Shown: positions 50,985 through 62,834 of the stretch, piece after piece
Layout of the letters: the number at the start of each line of letters is the position of its first letter
Position numbering within the stretch: the first letter of the stretch is position 1
Assembly (NCBI RefSeq): GCF_004010195.1
Contig: NC_057720.1
Location: 33,346,195 to 33,410,194 of the forward strand
Length of the DNA: 64,000 nt
Reading direction: 5' to 3'
DNA from: Chiloscyllium plagiosum
Lineage: Eukaryota
The notes under the pieces: generated by a model
Told to the model about the DNA's origin: nothing
The model's database searches: none
The model's input: the letters and a program-made list of their open reading frames with translations, nothing else
Position numbers and translations under genes: made by a program

Positions 50985-51800
50985 TTCGCCAAATGGGCAG
51001 ATCAGCAGTAGATGGAATTTAACCCTGATGTGTGAGGTCATACACTTTGGAAGAAGTGACAAGACAAGAGAGAGTACTCAGAGAATGGCAGGACACTAAG
51101 AAGCTCAGAGGGGCAGGGAGATCTTAATGCGCTGCCTGAGTATCCCTGAAATTGCCATGACAGGTGAATAGGGTAGCTAAGAAGCACACTTTATCCAAAC
51201 AAAAAGTGACACAGATATAAGAGCAGGAAGGTTACGTTAGAGCTGCGCAAAACTTTGGTAAGGCCACAGCTGGAGTATTGTGCGCAGTTCTGGTCACTGC
51301 ACTATAGGAAGTGCATGACTGCACTGAAGTGGGTAAGGAGGAGATTCACCTGGGATGGAAAGGTTTAGCCATGAAGAGAGGCCAAATAGATTCTGCTCTG
51401 AAGAAAGCAACCTGGGAAAGCAGACAGGAGACACTAATGAGGTGTATAAGATTGAGGACCATGGACATAGAGGATATTAAGCAACTGTTCCTCTTAATTG
51501 AAGGATCAGCAACAAGGGGACATAATGTCAGGTGAAAAGGAGGTTTGATGGAGATTTGAGAAAAATATTTGTCTTAGAGGGAGTCGGGAACCTGGGATAA
51601 ACCGTCTGGGAGGGTGGTTGAATTGGGAAACCTCACAAACTTTAAAAAAAAACATACTTAGATGAGCACTTAAAATATCATAACTTTCAAGGCTATGGGC
51701 CAAATGCTGGAAAGTGGGATTGGTATAGATTTTCAGCAGTTTTTAAATCAGTGCAGTATTAATGGGCCGAAGGGCCTCTTCTGCATTGTATAATTCTATG
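50985..51800 (+). mobile_element. CR1 3' fragment
   Basis: RPQLEYCAQFWS; tail gggccgaagggcctcttctg. Confidence 0.8.
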
Positions 51801-53204
51801 AGTTTGGCATCACCTGTAAATGTAGCCAAATTGCAGTCAGTCAGATTTTAAAATCCAAACCAATGCTGTAACTTAAAAATACTGGTAGTTCCAATGCCAT
51901 TTTTGGGGGTGTTTCATTCAACTTGCTTGGCCCAAACCATTGCCCAAAATAACTGTAGGCACAATGGGCTATGTGGCCTGCTTCTTCATTGTAACAATCT
52001 AATGATTCTACAATGAAAGTATACTCTCTTTGGCTAGTTACTAACCTATGTCAATGATTTATGTATATTTCCATTACTTTGGAAATGTATTTTGTAAATC
52101 CAGGTACATATAACAGAGTTCCCAACAATAAACCTACATTCTCACTTTCTAAATAAGGTCAAAATGGAAACGGGTTCCCAATCTGAATCTATATATGACA
52201 GATATCTAGCTCATTGTACAGATAATTCTCAAATTTATTTCTGATATTATTTTGCAAGCTATTGAAGCAAAATTGATGTGTCTGTTATTGCCTATATCTG
52301 CTTTGTTACCTTTCTGAAAATGGAAATGTCAACCAATTTCCGATCTGCTAGAACCTCCTGAGAGACAAGTCAATTCCTGTATTGACAAACCTTACTTACT
52401 AAACTGCAATAAATACTACATATCCCTGAGCATTTATTTACTTTGATTCTGACTATTGATTTGCTTCTGTATTAAATGGTCAGATTTTACAACACATGAC
52501 ATTGGCAGGGCAACATTCACCCATAAATTGCGACTCGAGATAATCTTTAAAGTATTATACACAAAAAATGCAATGTATATATTTTGCTTTAATTTCCAAT
52601 TATTGGAAATGTGAACCCTCAGTTGGTGCTTATATCTTGGTCCCAATGAATGACCAGATTATCTATACAGTTGTTAACAACCTCATGATCTATGGTGTAC
52701 ACTTAATATTGCAAAGTTGAACAAGACCATTTTAAATCAATATTTGTTTTCTGCATCTTCATATGTTGATTCACATTTTCAAATATAACACATTGCAGAT
52801 TATGCATTAATTATAGAAAATTTGTGTAATTAGTGCCCAGTGTTATTAATTCCATAATTAAATAGTAGTAGAAACATCAAATTCTTAAATATATGTCACC
52901 ACAACAAGGCAATGAAGTGTGACACGTAGTGATTGAGTGAGCATTCAATTAGAAAAAGTGCAAAAATCAGCTGAAATAGTACACACAGGTCATATAAAAT
53001 TAAATTGTTGAACTGGCAATTGTACGTTAGGGTTCGATCATGCTGGTACTGGTACTGGAAGAAGCATTAGATTAATCTTCCTATGCCGAAACACCAGGCT
53101 ACACTACTCAATTTATACTTATTCTTCAGATTCAAATGAAGAAAAGTGAGAGTTTTGCACGATTGAAACTTTTGTAGAAGATGTAACTTGAATAAAATAA
53201 TTAA

Positions 53205-56155
53205 TGCTCAGTAGCAAGGGAGAAAGATTCACATTTTTGGACCATTGGAATCTCTTCTGGGGTAGAAGTGACCTGTAAATGAAGGATGAATTGCACCTGA
53301 TTTGGAAGGGAGATAGTGAGGGAAAGAGATCAGTCTGAGACTGGTATTGTTTGGAAAAGGAGCAAGTCAAATACTTAGGGGAGGTAGGAATAAAACAGAG
53401 TAGGAGGTAGCACTGATAAATTTAACTGCATTTATTTTAATGCAACAGGGCTAACAGGTAAGGCTGGTGGACTCGGTATGGTTGGGAACACGGGGCTACG
53501 ATATCATAGCAATTACAAAGACATGGATCAGGGATGGACAGGATGGCAGCTGAACATTCTAGAGTATAAATCCTATTGGAAGTTTAGAAAAGGGGACAAC
53601 AGAACAGGGAAAATGGTGTTTTTAACTAGGGATAACATTACGACTGTACTTAGGGAGGATATTCATGGGAATACATCCAGAGAAGATATTTGGAAAGATG
53701 ATCACCTGAATAGGATTGCACTATAGTCTCTCCAATAATCACCGGGAAATTTGAGAAACAAATTTGTAAGGAGATCTCAGTTATCTGTAAGAATAATATG
53801 GTGGTCATGGTAGGGGATTTTAACTTTCCAAACATAGACTGGGACTGCCTGAATGTTAAGGGCTTGGATGGAGAGGTATGTGCCAAGTGTGGACAAGAAA
53901 AGTTTCTTATGCAGTATGTGGATATACTTACCAAAGAAGGTGCTAAACCTGACCTGCTATTGGGAAATACTTCAGGGCAGGTGACTGAGGTGTCAGTGGA
54001 GAAGCACTTTGGAACCAGTGATCATAATTCTATTAGCTTAAAATAGTGATGGAAAAGGATAGACCGGATCTAAGAGCTAAAGTTCTAAATTTGAGCAAGG
54101 CCAATTTTGATGGCATGAGGCAAGAACTTTCAAAAGTTGATTGGGGACGGATGTTCAAGGGAAAAAGGGATGGCTGGAAAATGGGACGCCTTCAAAAATG
54201 AAATAACGAGTCCAGAGACAGTACATTCCTATTAGGGTGAAGGGCAAGAATAGTAGGTGTAGAGAATGCTGGATGACTAGAGAAATTGAGGTTTTGGTTA
54301 AGAATAAGAAAGAAGCATATGTTGTCAGGTAGAGACAGGTATGGATAGGACCTGATCTTGAACTCGGTGGGAAGCTAGGGAAATGATTGCAGGCCCCCTT
54401 GCTGAGATATTTGTATCATCAATAGACACAGGTGAAGTGCTGGAAGACTGGAGGTTGGCTAATATGGTACCACTATTTAAGAAAGGTAGTAAGGACAAGC
54501 CAGGGAACTATACAGCAGTGAGCCTGAGTGGTGGGCAAGTTGTTGGAGGGAATCCAAAAGGACAAGATGTACATGTGTTTGTAAAAACAAGGACTGATTA
54601 GGGATAGTCAACATGATTTTATGCGTGGGAAATCACATCTGACTGACTTTTTTTTTAGATTAGATTAGATTACTTACAGTGTGGAAACAGGCCCTTCAGC
54701 CCAACAAGTCCACACCGACCCGCCGAAGCGCAACCCACCCATACCCCTACATTTACCCCTTTAACCTAACACTACGGGCAATTTAGCATGGCCAATTCAC
54801 CTGACCCGCACATCTTTGTGACTGTGGGAGGAAACCGGAGCACCCAGAGGAAACCCACGCAGACACGGGGAGAATGTGCAAACTCCACACAGTCAGTCGC
54901 CTGAGTCGGGAATTGAACCCGGGTCTCTGGCGCTGTGAGGCAGCAGTGCTAACCACTGTGCCACCGTGCCGCCGACTTGATTGAGTTTTTCTTAAATAGT
55001 AATGAAGAGTATTGATGAGGGCAGAGCGGTGGGCTTCAGTGTGGCATTTCAACAAGATTCCTCAGGGTAGACTGGCTAGCAAGGTTAGATCAGATGGAAT
55101 ACAAGGAGAACTAGCCATTTGGATGCAAACTGACTCAAAGGTAGAAGACAGAAGCTAGTGGTGGAAGGTTTCTTTACAGACTGGAGGCCTGTGACGAGCG
55201 GTGTGCCACAAGGATCGGTGCTGGGTCCGCTGCTTTTCATCATTTATATAAATGATTTGGATGTGAACAAAAGAAGTACGGTTAATAAGTTTGCAGGTGA
55301 CACCAAAATTGGAGGTGTAGTGGACAGGGAAGGTTACCTCAGAGTACAAGGAGATCTTGATCTGTTGGGCCAATGGGCTGAGGAGTGGCAGATGGATTTT
55401 AATTTAGATAAATGTGACGTGCTGCATTTTGGAAAGGCATATCAGGGCAGGACTTGTACACCTAATGGTGAAGTCCTGGAGAGTGTTGCTGATCAAAGGG
55501 ACCGTGGAGTGCAGGTTCACAGCTCCTTGAAAGTAGAGTCACAGGTAGATAGGATAGAGAAGGCACCGTTTGGTGTGCTTTCCTTTATTCTTCAGTGCAT
55601 TGAGTATGAGAGTTGGGAGGTCATGTACAGGACATTTGTTAGGTCAATTTTGGAACACCATGTGCAATTGTGGTCTCCCTCCTAATGGATTCAGAAAGGG
55701 TTCAGAAAGGATTTACAAGGATGTTGCGAAGGTTGGAGGGTTGAGCTATAGGGAGAGGCTAAATTTGCTGGGGCTATTTTCCATGGAGCATTGGAGGCTG
55801 AGGCGTGCTCTGAAAGAAGTCTGTGAAATCATGAGGGGCATGGATAGGTTAAATAGACAAGGTCTTTTCCCTGGAATGGGGCAGTCCAAAATTTGAGGGC
55901 ATAGATCTAAGGCAAGACTTAAAATGGAAGTAAGGGGCAACATTTTCACGCAAAGGGTGGTTCATGTATGGAAAGAGCTGCCAGAGCAAGTTGTGGAGAC
56001 TGATACAATTACAGCATCTGGATGGATATGTGAATAGGAAGGATCAAGAGGAATGAGTCAAATGCTGGCAAAAAGGGCTAGATTTATTTCGGATATTTGG
56101 CCAGCATGGACGAGTCAGAGCACAGGGTCTGTTTCCATGCTGTACATCTCTATGA
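53205..56155 (+). mobile_element. Internally deleted CR1 (ORF1 end, APE, RT, 3' tail) split by HE1
   Basis: [28 protein letters not shown] and KFAGD; catctctatgac tail. Confidence 0.88.
54655..54973 (-). mobile_element. HE1-type SINE
   Basis: Nearly identical to 23199-23513. Confidence 0.92.
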
Positions 56156-56228
56156 CATCAGTATTACACTTCTGCAAACAATCACAACATTTATACTGTT
56201 TGCACAGGGTACAGATCTAAACTTTTAG

Positions 56229-56897
56229 CGGGCAGCACGATGGCTCCGCGGTTAGCACTGCTGTCTCTCAGTGCCAGGGACCCGGGTTTGATTCCATCCT
56301 TAGATGAGTGTTTGTTCATTCTCCCAGTGTCGGCCTGGGTTTTTTCTGAGTGGGGGCTGAAAATGTGTTGCTGGAAAAGCGCAACAGGTCAGGCAGCATC
56401 CAAGGAGCAGGAGAATCGACGTTTTGGGCATGAGCCCTTTTTCAGGAATGAGGAAAGTGTGCCTAGCAGGCTAAGATAAAAGGTAGGGAGGAGGAACTTG
56501 GGGGAGGAGCGTTGGGAATGCGATAGGTGGAAGGAGGTTAAGGTGAGGGTGATAGGCCGGAGTGGGGGTGGGCGCGGAGAGGTCAGGAAGAAGATTGCAG
56601 GTTAGGAAGATGGCGCTGAGTTCAAGGGTTGGGACTGAGACAAGGTGGGGGGAGGGGAAATGAGGAAACTGGAGAAATCCGAGTTCATCCCTTGTGGTTG
56701 GAGGGTTCCTAGGCGGAAGATGAGGCGTTCTTCCTCCAGCCGTTTTTTTCTGGGTGCTCTAGTCCAAAATGTGCAGGTTAGATAAATTGGCCATGCTAAA
56801 TTACCCCAGTGTGCAGGGATAGGGTGGGTCTGGGTGGAATGCTGCGTCAGTGTGGACTTGATGGGCTGAATGGACTGCTCCCACACTGTAGTGATTC
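56229..56897 (+). mobile_element. Diverged HE1-type SINE interrupted by a Penelope fragment
   Basis: Head 56229-56350 and tail 56745-56897. Confidence 0.75.
56353..56744 (-). mobile_element. Penelope-like 3' end (family A): GIY-YIG C-terminus plus pLTR
   Basis: RLEEERLIFRLGTLQPQGMNSDFSSFL in ORF 56602..56886; near-TSD ttttttctgRgtg on both sides. Confidence 0.85.
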
Positions 56898-57588
56898 TCG
56901 GATTTTAAGTCACTATGCATAATACAACGATTATTGGAAAAGCAAAATTGGGATGGGGATTTTCACAGTTAATGTAAAAGTCTCTGTTGATCATACAGAT
57001 TGTACAAATGTTTCTATTAAAAGGAACAGTGCTGCTGGACTATTTGCTTTGTTTAACTTTTAAGTCAATTCGGTTTCATATTGGGAAATTATCTATTTTG
57101 AGTAAGTGTTAGTTCCAAGTACTCGGAAGGGAAGTGTCATGGTAACCTCAGCTGGTGCAAGAACAGAATTAAACCACTTTTACTCTCCCCTGTAAACTAC
57201 CTAATCCAACCTCCAAGAAGCACTGTTATTATGCCAGTGTGAATCCATCCATTTTCCCACACAAGCCATTTTCTGAGAGATTGATTACTTGTAAACAGGG
57301 TTCAGCTGTGGCCTACAACTACATTGAGATTAAACCTTTCCCTTTTCTGGGGAACATAAAAGCAAATAAACAATCTGAACCATTGAAGGAGCCATCTGCC
57401 TTGTAATACAAACAACTTTGCAACAAGTGCAAGAACATATTAGTAAAATATTTAAGTCAAATTATTTAGCATTTCAGCATGGCACCCCTTACAAAATGGT
57501 CTAGCTTTTCAATGGTACCAAAGCAAAATCAGTAATCACTGGAGGATGTTGTTTCAATACCACCATTGAAAACTGCATAAATGGGGAA

Positions 57589-57801
57589 GTTAAAAATCAC
57601 AACACCAGGATATAGTCCAACAAGTTATTTGGAAGCATTAACTTTTGGAACATTGCTCCTTCATCAGGTGGTTGATGATCACCTGATATAGCAGCAGCAT
57701 CCGAAAGCTAGTGCTCCCAAATAAACCTGTTGGGACTATAACTTAATGTTGTGTAATTTTTAACATTGTCCACCCCTGTCCAACACCAGCACCTCCACAA
57801 T
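57589..57801. mobile_element. Palindromic pLTR element (family B)
   Basis: Arms 57589-57672 and 57679-57764; degenerate TSD cataaatggggaag / cataagtgggaag. Confidence 0.8.
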
Positions 57802-59557
57802 CATAAGTGGGAAGGGAGTAGGCAGCAGCAAGGAAAATCCAATCACTTATCAGTTATGAGCCAACATAGAATTCAGGTATGGAGAAGTATCAAGGATATA
57901 TTCTTGTCTCTAACAGTCTGTTCACAATGTTCCCTGCCAGATGACCAGATAGATCCTTGATAACATGCAACAAATAAAATAAAAGGAAAAAAGTAGCAAA
58001 ACCAAAGGAAAAAAAAAATCAATTAATGTATAAACAACACCTGCCAGTGTTTCAGTTACATATATTATTTTTCATATATTAGCCTGTACTGGGAGCATCG
58101 ATAGACAATTTAAATCAGGAAAGCAGGGAATAATGCCAGAGATTCTGATCCTGCTCACGCTCATTGTCTAACTAGGGTGAAGGTAAATAATAACAATTAG
58201 CACTGGAAAATTGCCCAAAAGTGGAAACTGCACTTTGTCTTTTCCCTAGAAGCTACAAGAACCAAATGCAACTTTTGTGTAGCTGTTCTACCTAATTCAA
58301 TAAAGAATCAGAATGAACTTGATGTGTTTGCACACAAATCTATCAATCAGAGAACTGTTATTATTTGCAGATAAAATATTGAGTCATAAATGTTGCAAAA
58401 ACTCAATCTTCAGTCACTGAAGAAACACAGTAAGATAACACCTTTATCATCCAATGTTTATACAGACATAACTTATTTTAAATAAAAAGAATGTCCAAGT
58501 GAAAGGTGATGGAGCTGATTCTATGAGAAAAATAGGAAACAACTTCAATCTCAAATGGCTTGGAGAGGGAGAGAGAATACCAGTGACAATAAAATGCTTA
58601 ATGACAAGCCTCAAGCCAGTCACAAACAACCTGAAGATTAAAGTACAGAATCCCTCTTTCTGCTCAGATATCAGTGGTTGCACACTCATCTTTCAGCAAG
58701 TTCAAACCTCACATAAGGACTACAACATAACACCTCAGCGGATACTTTCATGCGTTTCAACATCCTAGTAGTGTGAGACAAGTGACTTCTCCTTGAACTT
58801 GTTTCACGATTGTTGACAATATTGGTTCATTACTGACAGATGATTTGGATTTTTGCCCTTGCTTGGCACCCTTTTCCCATGATAGTTGAAATTCAGTTCA
58901 ACATGTAATGCATACATATGCCAACATAAAACCACCTGAAAATCTCAACTTGTCATAAAAAAGAGAACATTTAAATTGTCATTGTATGAATGTATTCAAC
59001 TTGAGGTATAAAAACTGAAGCCAATTAACTTCAAGGATACACAAAGCTCAATGTTAAGTAGTTTTACACATGCTGTAGATTTTAAAAATATAATTTGATT
59101 CCTTGAGGGACAGATTCATGTTTTAAGATTACTTTATATTTTCTGTTTCATGTCTCTTCTCAATCATCTGTAAAGAATGGGCTTCTGTTAATGCTACTCT
59201 GAAGCTAACCACAATTAATGAATCATATCAGCACGGCTTGGGGTGAAGTGCAATAGAGTTATTCCTCTTTCCATCAACATGTAAAGAAATTCCCATTTTG
59301 AATTATACCCACAACATTATTGTTGGACTCAGAACAAATCTCAGAGATAGCACTTCCACAGCACACCTTTCTTGTTTTTGGAAAACTAAAGGACAGACAG
59401 GGATGGAGCTACAGATTGCATAGTATTATAAAAATGAATCATGTTTAAATGATTTTATTTCCATGTGAAACTATGAAGAATGCAACACCTCACCTCCTTC
59501 CTGCTTTGATAGCAGTATTTATGGATTTGTATTTGGTTGACCACTAACTTACACTTG

Positions 59558-59780
59558 GAGATAGTGAGGGCTGCGAATGCAGGAAAGTAAGAGTTGATAA
59601 AGTATGGAGCTGGAGAAAGCACAGCCAGTCAAGCAGCATCAGGGGAGCATGGGAGTCGATGTTTCAGGTTGGAATCTTTCATCAGTCCTGCTAAAAGTTC
59701 CGAACTGAAACATCGACTCCCCTGGTCCTCTGAAGCTGCTTTACCTGCTATGCTTTTTCCAGCTCCACGTTTTATTGCCA
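59558..59780. mobile_element. Palindromic pLTR element (family A-related, old)
   Basis: Arms about 59597-59668 and 59705-59777. Confidence 0.75.
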
Positions 59781-59834
59781 CCATATTTGCAAACCTGTTC
59801 AGATGAATTATGTAAAGCCACCACATTCAAAACA

Positions 59835-60012
59835 GACCATCGGGCTGCTCCCCGTAGAGAGCGCGAGAAAGATGACAGCTGGTGGTTTAACCTGAGGGTC
59901 TGACAGAGAATCCTTTACGGTAATCTCAGCTGGTGTAGGAATTGAATCCATGCTCTTGGAGCCACTGTGCATTGCAGACCAGCCAGAGAGCCAACTGAGC
60001 TAATTGACCCCC
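59835..60012 (-). mobile_element. tRNA-derived SINE fragment of another family
   Basis: Minus strand head ggggtcaattagctcagttggc (A box) and ggattcaattcc (B box). Confidence 0.6.
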
Positions 60013-60029
60013 CTGAATTGTGCATTTGA

Positions 60030-61545
60030 AGATAGAAACATAGAATGTAGGAGCAGAAGTTGGCCACTTGACCCATCAAGTTCACTCTGCCATTCAAAAG
60101 TGAATCATATAATCCCGACAGTGTGGAAAGAGGCCATTCAGCTCATCAAGTTCACACCAACACTGCGAAGAACATTCCAGCCAAACCCACCCCCTCTATC
60201 CTATCCCAGTAACCCTGCATTTCCCATGGCTAATCTACCTGGCCTGCACATCCCTGGATACTATGGACAATTTAGCATGGCCAATCCACCTAACCTGCAC
60301 ATCTTTGGACTGTGGGAGAAAACTAGCGCATCTGATGGAAACCTACACAGATATGGGGAGAATGTGCAAACTCCACACAGTCACCTGAGACTGGAATTGA
60401 ATCAGTCCCTGGTGTTGAGAGGAAGCCACTAAGCCACTGTGCTGCCCACATGGTCATGATTGATCGTCCTTCACAACACCATAGCTGTCAATACTTATAG
60501 CTTACAGAAATCTGCATCTTTCTTAAATATATTCAGTGACTTCACCTCCATAGCCTTCTGTAGTAGAAAACAGTTGACCATCCCCTCAGTGAAGACGTTT
60601 CTCATCACTGTCAGAAATGGCCGAACTCCTATCCTGAAATTGTGACCTTTTGTTCTGGACTTTCCAGCCAAGAAAATGTTTTTCCTGCATCTATTCAGCA
60701 CTGTCAGAATGTTATAAATGAGATAACCCTTTCTTTCTTCTAAAATCCAATGAATACAGACTAAATCAACCTCATCTCTCCTCAATTGACAAATCCACCA
60801 TCCCCAAAATCAGATGAACAAACCGATGCACGTGTATCTTTTTTCGGAAAGGAGACCAAAACTGAACGATACTCCAGGTTTTCTCAGCAAAGCCCTGTCC
60901 AGCAGCGAGACCTTCTTGCTCCTGTAATCAAATCTTCCTGTAATAAAAACCACTTGCCTTCCTAACTGCTTGTTGCACTGCATGCTTGCTTTCAAAGACC
61001 AGTGTACTAGAACACCCAAGAATCTTTGTACCTCAATCCTTCCTTCCCAATCTACCACCATTTAAATAAGACTCTGTCATTCCGCTTTTCCAACCAAAGT
61101 GGACAACTTCATTATTTCCCATGTTATACTGCATCTACCATGTATTCGCCCACTCACTCAATTTGTCAAAAATCGCCCTGAAGCCTGTATGTCCTCCTCA
61201 GCACTTACGCACCAAACAAGTCATTAACATATATGACGAATAGTTGGAGCCCAGGTACTGGATCTCTGTAGTATCCCATTTCTCACATTCCTTCACTTCA
61301 AATTAGCCCATTTATTTATACTGTTTGTCTCCGTCTACTATCAATTCTCAATCCTTTCCAGTATATTGCTATGACTCCCATGCACTTTCATTTTACGCAC
61401 TAACATTTTGTGTTGGGCCTGACCAAAAGCTTTTTGAAAACCTAAATGTATCACATCCTCAGGTTCTCCAAGTATTCTGCTGGTTACATCCTCAAAATAC
61501 TCCAGTAGATTTGTCAAACATGATTTCCCTTCCATAAATCCATAT
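60030..61545 (-). mobile_element. Degenerate CR1 with inserted HE1 (60118-60448, minus)
   Basis: QYGFMEGKSCLTNLLEYFE in ORF 61341..61580; HE1 reverse copy. Confidence 0.8.
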
Positions 61546-62163
61546 TGTGAAAATAAGAAATGACAAAGGAGAATTAGCATTATAAGTGCATTTCATAATT
61601 ACACAAATAAGTTGCCTTTCAACAAATAATCGATTATGCTCATACCTACTGTTTTGTATATTTTAGCTTGTGTCACGAAAACAGATGATGACTTGAATCA
61701 AATGTCACCTCAACTACTGCTAATTTAGTTAGCCTTTAGGGAGATGGAAGAAATTTGCATGCAAAGCCATAAGCATCTGATCCAGATAAGTTTACGAAGT
61801 GACATGTCACTGAATCTAAAAATGGGACTCTAAAAATGGGGCTCTAAAGCACATCTATACCTGTAAGGAATGGAAAATGCAAAGTGTGTCTGTGAGTTTA
61901 GGTCCTCACTTCTTAGGCCCCTTCCAAATTCCAAGTCAACAAATCAGCCACTTTGCAGAGGTCAAATTGTAACTGTTCAGGAAAATGTTCCACTTTTAAT
62001 GAAATAACACATTGTCATGCTTTTAAATACAAGTAAAAAAGTGAATGAACAGACTAAAATCATTGCTCACTTCACAGAATCAAACTTAAATGTTGGACAT
62101 CAGATTTACTGATACATTTCATTATATAGATCTTTAGCCCTATTTTCTATCAACATTCCTCAC

Positions 62164-62244
62164 CCTCAGTCCAAGCTCACTGTTGCTGTAATCCACAGGC
62201 TCACAAAGATAGCTATATTTTGCACGAATTGAAGTCACCAGGAA
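62164..62244 (-). CDS. elovl8: ELOVL elongase internal exon (81 bp; FLVTSIRAKYSYLCEPVDYSNSELGLR); first exon visible in window
   Basis: Manual translation of minus strand; acceptor tttctttctag, donor gtgagg; Y-S-Y-L-C-x-P-V-D-Y-S motif of ELOVL1/4/7/8 group; phase 0/0. Not in the ORF track because it is too short. Confidence 0.9.
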
Positions 62245-62834
62245 CTAGAAAGAAACATTAGGTATTAGATTTATTAAAAAACACAATATCCACACAATGA
62301 ACACTTCCGCTGAAACAGAACCATATGTTGTCATAGATGAAATCAAATGGTATCACACTGAGTGATTGCCACCTTTTATCTCTGCTGCCAATAAATAGAG
62401 TCTCAGTTCACTTCAGACATTTAATAATGATGCATTGAAACGATATTCATTGATTTGCATCTGATCCAAATATCTCAACTCTTGATATGTTAAAAATCAC
62501 AACACTGGGTTATAGTCCAACAGGCTTGCTTGCTAATAGATGTTTTCATTTTGCTGAGGGTCATGCTTCCTCAGAGTTCAATCACAGCCAAGTCTGTGGT
62601 ACCACAATCACTCCACAAGGTAGAAGGGAAGAAAGAAATATGGAAGAGCAACGGTGATAGGGGACTCCATAGTCAAGCAATCAGACAGGCATTTGAGTCA
62701 CAGTAAAGGTGACTCCAGAAAGTGGCCCCAGAAATAATAGATGTATTGATGGTCATGTTTCAAGATTCTATCAATGGCACAGTTCCTATGAATTTGAGGG
62801 TAGTTAATGTAACCCTAAGATTTAAAAAATGAAG

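Noticed and set aside
58499..58768. 89-aa ORF in unique intronic sequence
   Set aside because: No motif, no convincing splice context, non-ATG start
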